This document shows, in pieces, positions 57,300 through 64,000 of a DNA stretch of 64,000 nucleotides (the first letter of the stretch is position 1; each line of letters opens with the position of its first letter). Below the pieces are notes generated by a model. That model ran no database searches. It saw nothing but the letters and a program-made list of their open reading frames with translations, and had not been told where the DNA came from. The position numbers were made by a program, and so were the translations under genes. Source of the stretch: an uncultured bacterium (lineage in GTDB: Bacteria > Actinomycetota > Acidimicrobiia > Spongiisociales > UBA5794). The stretch covers positions 224,001 to 288,000 of the forward strand of contig CAWDDT010000013.1 in assembly GCA_963801165.1 (NCBI GenBank). The letters run 5' to 3'.

Positions 57300-58417
57300 A
57301 GGGCACCGATCAACCGGGGTACTTGCTCGACTTTCAGGTCGAGTGCCCCGCATAGCTCGGACAGGGTGAGGACGCGGGCGGAGTGCGCCTCGAGCGCCGA
57401 TTCGACATAGGTGCGCCCGTACCGGGCGATGTGGGTGCGGTAGAAATGGCCACCCTTGGCCCTCTTCCCGGCGTGCTCCTCGTACCGGTCGTGGAGTTCC
57501 CCGGCAACGTCGTCCCACGTGCCGGCCGGCAAGTAGCCGAGTTCGATGGCACGGATCAAGGTCGCCTCGGAGGAGACCTCGAACCGCTTCCCGATCTCCC
57601 ACAGCTTGTCGAGCAGGGCACCGCCCCGAAGCGGCCGCAGGGCGCGGAACGACAGGTCTACCTCGCCGGCCGGGAGCAGGGCGGCTCCAGCGACACGGTT
57701 GCAGAACCGCTCGACCTCAAACTGGGTGTCGTGGTGGAGATCGCAGACCCCGTCGCCTCCGAGCGCGAGGTGGGCGATCTCGTGCAGCAGGTTGAAGATT
57801 TTGCCGCGGGGGCTGTCGGTGCCGTTCAGACCGACAACGGAGTATGTCTCGCCGCGACTGGAGAACCCACGAGCCGTTGTCACCGGGACCCGTTCGAACT
57901 GGACTGTGAGGATGCCGAGACGCACCGCCGCCTCCCGCCAGCTAGCCAGAGCCTCCTCCGGTGTCGACCAGTCTCGCTGGGTGTCGATCGTGACCCCGAG
58001 CGCATCTCGTATCTGTTGCGCCGCGTTCTCCACCCCGGTTGAAGTGGTCACCATCGGCAACCCGGCGGTCACAGGAGGTACGTGCTCGGCAATCTCGTGA
58101 TAGAAGTCGAGCTGCTCGAGCGCCTGCCTGATACCGGCACGGAGCCAGTAGGGCATCTCCGGGGATCCGGCGCGTCGGAAGTCACGCATCGGTTGGAAGT
58201 CGGTTGGCGGTTCCGCCAGCATGAGAACGAACGTGGGCCGGCGGTAGACGCGGGCAGCATCTCGAAACTGCCGGGTGGTGGGAGACCGGGTCCCTTCCTC
58301 CCACGCCTCCAGCACGCCGGCGGATACTCCGATGCGTTTCGCCGCCTCGGCGACGTCGAGACCGATGGACTCCCTCGCCCAACGCATGACGGCTGGCTCG
58401 ACCTGGATACGGCTCAT
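57296..58417 (-). CDS. XRE-HTH + ImmA/IrrE (M78) metallopeptidase
   Basis: WARE..GL..AA..WE.G..PT HTH, DFR, RGFS, F.LLHEIAH, E..CN..AG..LLP. Confidence 0.93.
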   Translation of the reverse strand: MSRIQVEPAVMRWARESIGLDVAEAAKRIGVSAGVLEAWEEGTRSPTTRQFRDAARVYRRPTFVLMLAEPPTDFQPMRDFRRAGSPEMPYWLRAGIRQALEQLDFYHEIAEHVPPVTAGLPMVTTSTGVENAAQQIRDALGVTIDTQRDWSTPEEALASWREAAVRLGILTVQFERVPVTTARGFSSRGETYSVVGLNGTDSPRGKIFNLLHEIAHLALGGDGVCDLHHDTQFEVERFCNRVAGAALLPAGEVDLSFRALRPLRGGALLDKLWEIGKRFEVSSEATLIRAIELGYLPAGTWDDVAGELHDRYEEHAGKRAKGGHFYRTHIARYGRTYVESALEAHSARVLTLSELCGALDLKVEQVPRLIGAL

Positions 58418-59299
58418 GATCGGAACTTACCTGCTCGCACCGACGAAAACGACCCGGGCGATGACATCTTGGAGCAGCCCGGAACCCCGCGGCTCTCATG
58501 GTCAACATCGACACTCATTCAAGTGCAACTAGCGCCATCGGCTGCGGATACCAGCCGGCACGTCGGCGAAGACCGGCTCGTCTCTGCAGACATCACCGAC
58601 AGGGGTGCTATTGAGTACCTGCGTCGACGGCTCGCTGCGCAACGAGAACTGCAAGTGCCTCTGCAGCCAGCGCAACCACGCGTCTCTTGCGAGCCTGGCA
58701 TCCGCATCAATGCTGGGGCACCGATCTTCACCAGGAGGGCGGTACCAACGTGACGACCCCTGACCTCGTTGTCCTGCCAATAAACAACATAGAAAGGGTC
58801 GTCGCCGCACGAAAGCCCGTGAGAAAACCCAGGCACGCCATCAAGATCGTCGCACAGACCAGTAGGAGTCCTCGACCGACGCCATGACCTGAGGCCACGT
58901 GAATCCCTGGCACGCCGCCACCCAGTTCCACGTCAATCCCCAGTGCGTCGAGCGTAGGGCCAGTCATCCAGGAACACTCGTTGCGATCCATTCGACTCTA
59001 CATCGAAACTCTGCGTCCAATCTGCAAACTGGGCTGCTACGTCGTCCGGACCCAGCAGGTCACATGGGTGGGGCAGATTCTCCGGATCGAGCAGGCTGGC
59101 CCCCGGTCTCGCTGCAACCCGCTGCCACCAGAATCACAATCGCTACGACCCAACTCATGGTGTTCGCCCGTGGTCTCGATCAGATCCGCCCGGGGATTAC
59201 CTCTAGGCGATGTTCTCGTCCGACGCGTTCTGGTTCAAGCCGTCGCGCATCTGCGAAGGCACGCTGTTCTCTCGATCTTCTTCATGGTCACCTGAGCCA

Positions 59300-61143
59300 A
59301 TCGCCAATGGCGAGACCCCGCCCGTTGTTGCCGCCGCTTGAGCGGTTCCCCGTCCGGACAAAACATGTCATTCACCGGCGGATTACGACCCTGCGTCACC
59401 TCAGCCGTCCCCAACCGGTCGATATTTCCCTCAAACACCGACCCATCGTCATCAACGAACAAATCACCACCGCCATCATCGCTATAGCCAAGGGCCCGCA
59501 CCAAGAACGCTGCCATCTGACCCCACGTTCACTCAATACCTATCCGGACAAAAACATGTTCATTCACCGGCGGATTACAACCACGCGTCACCTCAGCCGT
59601 CCCCAACCGGTCGATGTCCCCCTCAAACACCGACCCGTCGTCATCAACGAACAGGTCACCGCCACCGTAGTAGGTGGCCGCCCATTGCCCGTACCAAAAA
59701 CGCTGCCATCTGCCCCCGCGTCACATACCCATCCGGACAAAACATGTTCATTCACCGGCGGATTACAACCCCTCGTGATCTCCTCCGCGGCCAACCAGCT
59801 GATATCGTCCTCGAACACGTTCCCTGCGATGTCGACGAAATCAGGGACCGGGCACGGTGTTGGCAAACGCATACAGACCATCGCCACCGATCCCTGCGGA
59901 AACCAGGTAGAGCACGGCCGGTTTGGCCAGATGGGCGACGGCGGATCCTGGTCGCTTCCGGGTCATTGGTAGACCGGAGAGCCTCACCATGACAGTATAG
60001 AGCGGCCGTATGCGCCGAACGTTCCCGCTACCCACGTCGGATGTCGCGTTGACGGAGCCCGGGGTGGCAACCGCAGTTCTCGACTCGATCGAACCGCTCA
60101 GGGTTGTGCTCCAAGCGAGCGTCATATTCCCCGCGTCGATGGCCCGAAGTATCCCGTCCTCGCCCCCGATGTATACACGTCCGTAGGCGACAGCCCGGTG
60201 ACCCTCCGGTGTCGTCGACAGGAGGAACTCGTAGACTCGGCATCGCTCCCGTCCGCCGCGTTGAGCGAGGTCACGATGGTCCGGGTCGGCAGGGTCGAGA
60301 GTGTCGTGGCGAAGACCCTCCCGTCGATGACGACAGGCCAGATGTGATTGCTTCCGTCGGAACCGTCAACGGAGGCCTCGAACACCACGCCACCCTGGTC
60401 GATGTCGCGGGCCGGCGGGCGAGCATCGTGACCGGCTGTTGTGTACGCCACCACGTAGTACTTGCCGTCGGCAACGGCGAACTCGTCGCCACCGCAGTCG
60501 AACAGGGATCCCGATGCATTGAGCGTTTCGCCGTTCGCGGGGTCAACACCGTATATGCCGTTGACCAACAAGCCATCGCTGACCCCCAGGGCGGCAGGAC
60601 ACGAGCCGCCGCCGTTGCAGCCAAGGTGGGAGCGATCCAGGGAGAGCGACCCGCCCGGATTGGATATCAAGCGCCTGCCAGATCCCGGAAGGATACGCGC
60701 TGGTATTCGACAGCTGTCCCGGCGTAGATAGCAGACGGCCACTCGGCATCGTCGTGTGTCCACGCTGTGGAACCGTAGGTAGCTCGCAGCCCATAGGTCG
60801 TGTACCCGTCATATGCGAGAACGAAGCCCTCCGAGGCAAGGACACCCGGACACGTCGAATACCGCGGATGGCGTCTGGGACAACCCACAGTGGCGTGAGC
60901 GGCGGGGTGAGCTGCGACTCCTGCGCATTGAAGCCGGTCCGAGCCACGTCGTGGCGCTCGAACGGCCAGTAGACGCTCCCCGATCCCGCCTCGTTGGCCT
61001 GCGCTCCAGGCGCCGGCGATAGCAGAAAGCCGGCTACGACCACAGCCACGGCCGCGACGACACGGAGTCTCAGGGCAGAACCGTGTCGCATTTTCCGGAC
61101 ACTCACGCTTCCCATCGTTCCTCCCGAATCGGCGACCTTGCTC
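59300..61143 (-). pseudogene. Secreted PQQ-like beta-propeller + SLH protein, heavily frameshifted
   Basis: Signal peptide, WPFERHDVARTGFN, propeller fragments (GIYGVDPANG, WPVVIDGRVF), then SLH remnants (GCNPPVN, MAAFLVRALG) in different frames; boundaries approximate. Confidence 0.65.
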
Positions 61144-61292
61144 ATAGGACGGCTCGACCCGGAGGATTGTCATAGCGAGAACGGGGACGACCGCTAGCTG
61201 GCACCGTGATCATCTTCTTGCCGCACTTGGTAGCCGAGTTGCGAGAGGACGACACCCCTAACAGGCCAACCAACATATCTAGATCGATGCAG

Positions 61293-62552
61293 CTAGAGAC
61301 CATACGAGGAGCCCATACGCACAGTCGTCGATGCGGATAAATAAGCCAATGCGTCTGCTGGATCTAGCGAGTTGAAAGCGCGTGCGTTGGCGTGGCAGTA
61401 GTGTTGCAGCTCCGAAACCGCTACGACGATTGAGTTGATAGAGGAATGTGTGAGGGGGTTGTCAGACAGTTTGATCGACCATGCCAGGCCTCCTGCATAC
61501 TCCTCTGGGAGAAACTTCAAAATCCGGAGTCATGCGTTGAAGGTAACTGCGATCGGATCGGGGAGCTATGGGACCGACAGCCATCTAAACGATCCGTGGA
61601 CGGTGAGCTGTGTGCTGTCGCTAGCTTCCACGCAGTTGGTCGATGTTTCCTGGGGATAACCCGGACGCTCAGGCCTTTGGAGTGGACTGGTCTTTCTGCA
61701 GCCGCCGGGCTGTCACCTCGGCGGCATGGACGGGAGTCCATGTTGACATCTACGTCTCCGCTTCCGCCGCGCCGGCAGCGTCATAGTCGCGGTATCTGCC
61801 GCATGCGACACGATCTCGCTGTCTCGCAGTCCGGCCCATACGCTCTGCAGCAAATCTGGAGTCTGGTTGAACGTGCTTCCCTCGGGAACGAACGACCGCG
61901 GGTCTGTCCCCCTGTGTCGAGGTCGCTGACGAACCCGTAGGTCGTCTCCGGCCGATTCGGGAGTCGTTCGAGCTGGAGGTGTGCTCACCAGGGATGAGAC
62001 GTATTGAGGGATACCCGGGGGAAAAAGCCGGCACACGAAGTCGGCACGAGTTGCCACGGGGAACCGATCGCCGGCTTCCGGTTTGGAGCGAGAAACCGGA
62101 CGAATCGGGGCTGCACTTGTTCCCCGGAATCTTCTCGGGGCCAACGTTTCCGAGCAGCACGTCCGCCTCTACGACTTTCCAACCGCGTTGATCGGATAGC
62201 ACATCACGCCATGCCAGCAGATAAAGAATGCCCGACGTGTGACGGAAGTCGAATGAGGACACCATCACACCGTCAGGGGGCGGCGATGTGGTTGTTGTTG
62301 GGGCGCTTGTTGTTGTAGTAGTCGCGTTGTTGTCGTTGTCGTGCTCGCCACAGGCCTCGTGGCCGTGGTCGACGACCTACTGCTCACGCTCTGATTTCCT
62401 GGATTGACGTGAGACGTTGCCGTCGCCGCGTTTTCGCCGGTTTGCAGTGATGTAGCGCTGTCGGGAGGCTCGTTGTCTGCCGAAATGCCTCCGCAAGACC
62501 CGAGCAAGGCGAATACGAAGACCACCACCCAGACTCGTCGCGTCGTCACCAT
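61293..62552 (-). pseudogene. Probable lipoprotein gene broken by frameshifts
   Basis: GGAGG RBS, lipobox LLGSC and Thr-rich linker at 62552-62300; short same-strand ORF fragments downstream; extent uncertain. Confidence 0.4.
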
Positions 62553-62724
62553 CGTGTCCTCCTGGTCTCAGCCCCACGGCGGGCCTGTGTCCTCCACCTG
62601 TCTCGCGGCTCGAATTTCAGACCATGACCTGAAGCAACGCTCACGCCCTTGGTCGAATCTCTTTCTGAGCCTCGCCCATAGGACGTCCGAGATCAGAGCG
62701 ATGTCATGGCGAGAGCGGCAATCG

Positions 62725-64000
62725 CTAGCTGGCGACGGTGACGACGACGTCGAGCAGGATGTTGGCGCGACATTCGAAGCGGGCACCCGAGTCTTCCACG
62801 TCGGGGCACTGTGGCCAGCCACTCGATTGGTATGGATGGGTGAACCCGTAGATCTCATTGATCGGGTCGGCCACAACCAGCTCCTCGATGATGTAGTCGC
62901 CGTCACGGACAGACTCGGGGACCGTGACATCGACGACATACTCGTCCCCGTCGCGCCGTGTGGACGACACCTGGAATATGACGGTCTCGCCGCTTGCCTC
63001 ATGAGCGAAGAAGACCGTCTGGATCTTCTCGGCTCCGCCGATCTTGGCCCGCAACTCGAAGGTGTCACCGGGCTTCACCATCGACGGAGTCACGCGGACC
63101 GCTTCGAGGGAAGGCGTCGGCAATGCCATGTTGTCACCACCGACTGTGAACTGCGAGTCACCTGACAACGCTTGCGAAGCACACATCGGCCCTCCGGAGT
63201 ATCGGTACCCCTGCGTGCAGTCCCCTACGCTCGGAAAGGTCTCCGGGTTCAAAATGTGATACTGGTCACCATCGACACCAAACACAATCACCTCCGAGAC
63301 CACCCAGGTCCCGGTTGCGGCCGATGTGGGAAGCTCGATGTTCGCGGTGAATACGTCGCCGTTCCGGGAGAACTGAGTCATCGGTAGTGTCGCCGAGACC
63401 CCACTCGGACGCTTGAAGATAACCGCGGTCACGTCGGTGGCTCCCGTCACTGTCAATGAGACCGGTACATCGGTTCCTGGCCCGACCTCTCCGTCCGGAA
63501 GTTGGATTGCCACCAGTGCCGGCACATCTGCGGGTGTGGTTTGGTCTAACGTTCCACTCGTCGCCTCCGCAGTCGTTGTCGTCTCCGGTGCCGTGGTTGT
63601 CGTCTCAGGTGACATCGTGGTTGTCGATGCCGCAACCGCGGCCACCGTGGCCGTTGTGTCGCGAGCCACCGTGGTCGATTCGACCTGCGTTGTCGTCGTG
63701 GCCGCCTGACCGGCGGCTGTGTCTGAGGGTGTGCCCTCGCTCCCGCCAGAACCAATCAATCGGAGTAGCACGATCACAAGACCGACCGCGACCGCAGCTG
63801 TCGCCACGGCCCACCGTCGCCAGCGGTTCGATGTCGGCGCGGGCGACGTTGCGGCCTCCGCCACCGTCCGTTGCGACGGCAGTTCGACGGGCGTCGCCGT
63901 AGCTGCGGTGGTCGCCCAACCGTCGAGATGCCAATCGCCTCGAGACCGATCGACGCCAACCACCAGGCGAGTGGGACTGGCGCGCCCCGCCATGCGGTCG
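62725..64000 (-). CDS. Single-pass membrane protein with Thr-rich linker and two related Ig-like domains (5' end may lie outside the window)
   Basis: TM helix (AVATAAVAVGLVIVLL); repeated V.PG....RxGD.(F/Y)...(L/V)P....G.(W/Y)..E.V units, each with a Cys pair. Confidence 0.75.
   Translation of the reverse strand, partial: DRMAGRASPTRLVVGVDRSRGDWHLDGWATTAATATPVELPSQRTVAEAATSPAPTSNRWRRWAVATAAVAVGLVIVLLRLIGSGGSEGTPSDTAAGQAATTTTQVESTTVARDTTATVAAVAASTTTMSPETTTTAPETTTTAEATSGTLDQTTPADVPALVAIQLPDGEVGPGTDVPVSLTVTGATDVTAVIFKRPSGVSATLPMTQFSRNGDVFTANIELPTSAATGTWVVSEVIVFGVDGDQYHILNPETFPSVGDCTQGYRYSGGPMCASQALSGDSQFTVGGDNMALPTPSLEAVRVTPSMVKPGDTFELRAKIGGAEKIQTVFFAHEASGETVIFQVSSTRRDGDEYVVDVTVPESVRDGDYIIEELVVADPINEIYGFTHPYQSSGWPQCPDVEDSGARFECRANILLDVVVTVAS

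Noticed and set aside
58430-59290. Short ORFs between immA and the SLH remnants
   Set aside because: No recognisable motifs and the region is error-rich; no call can be supported.

Overview
High-GC bacterial DNA, most consistent with an actinobacterium of the Acidimicrobiia type (inferred from Cys-paired SLH repeats GCNPPxNDxFCP, LigC, the XPB gene pair and a PPOX-class F420 enzyme). No rRNA, tRNA, CRISPR array, integrase or transposase was seen. The left third is mostly envelope and metabolic genes: two M15 peptidase paralogs, a beta-CASP nuclease, a PadR pair, Mo-enzymes, a SARP/STAND regulator and LigC. From about 28.8 kb the window looks like an accessory/conflict region. The best candidate for an undescribed system is a tightly coupled four-gene operon at 34918-40640 (minus strand): membrane patatin-like phospholipase, small acidic protein, large CHAT (caspase-like) protein and ComEC/Avs1a-like MBL hydrolase. 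It sits next to two toxin-antitoxin modules and between two copies of a direct repeat, one of which has lost the TA genes. Further right are a 3.5-kb tandem duplication (beta-propeller, ubiquitin-like MoaD, ADP-ribosylglycohydrolase, CX5R phosphatase), an XRE-ImmA/DUF4411 pair, an HTH-PIN-DprA(remnant) string and a degenerate Mrr-like membrane protein. There are three full CSLREA-cadherin-SLH paralogs, a putative MITE in two copies and several REP-like repeat families. Many single-base frameshifts, densest after 55 kb, suggest unpolished long-read errors, so pseudogene calls are provisional. All family assignments come from motif recognition by eye; no database search was run.
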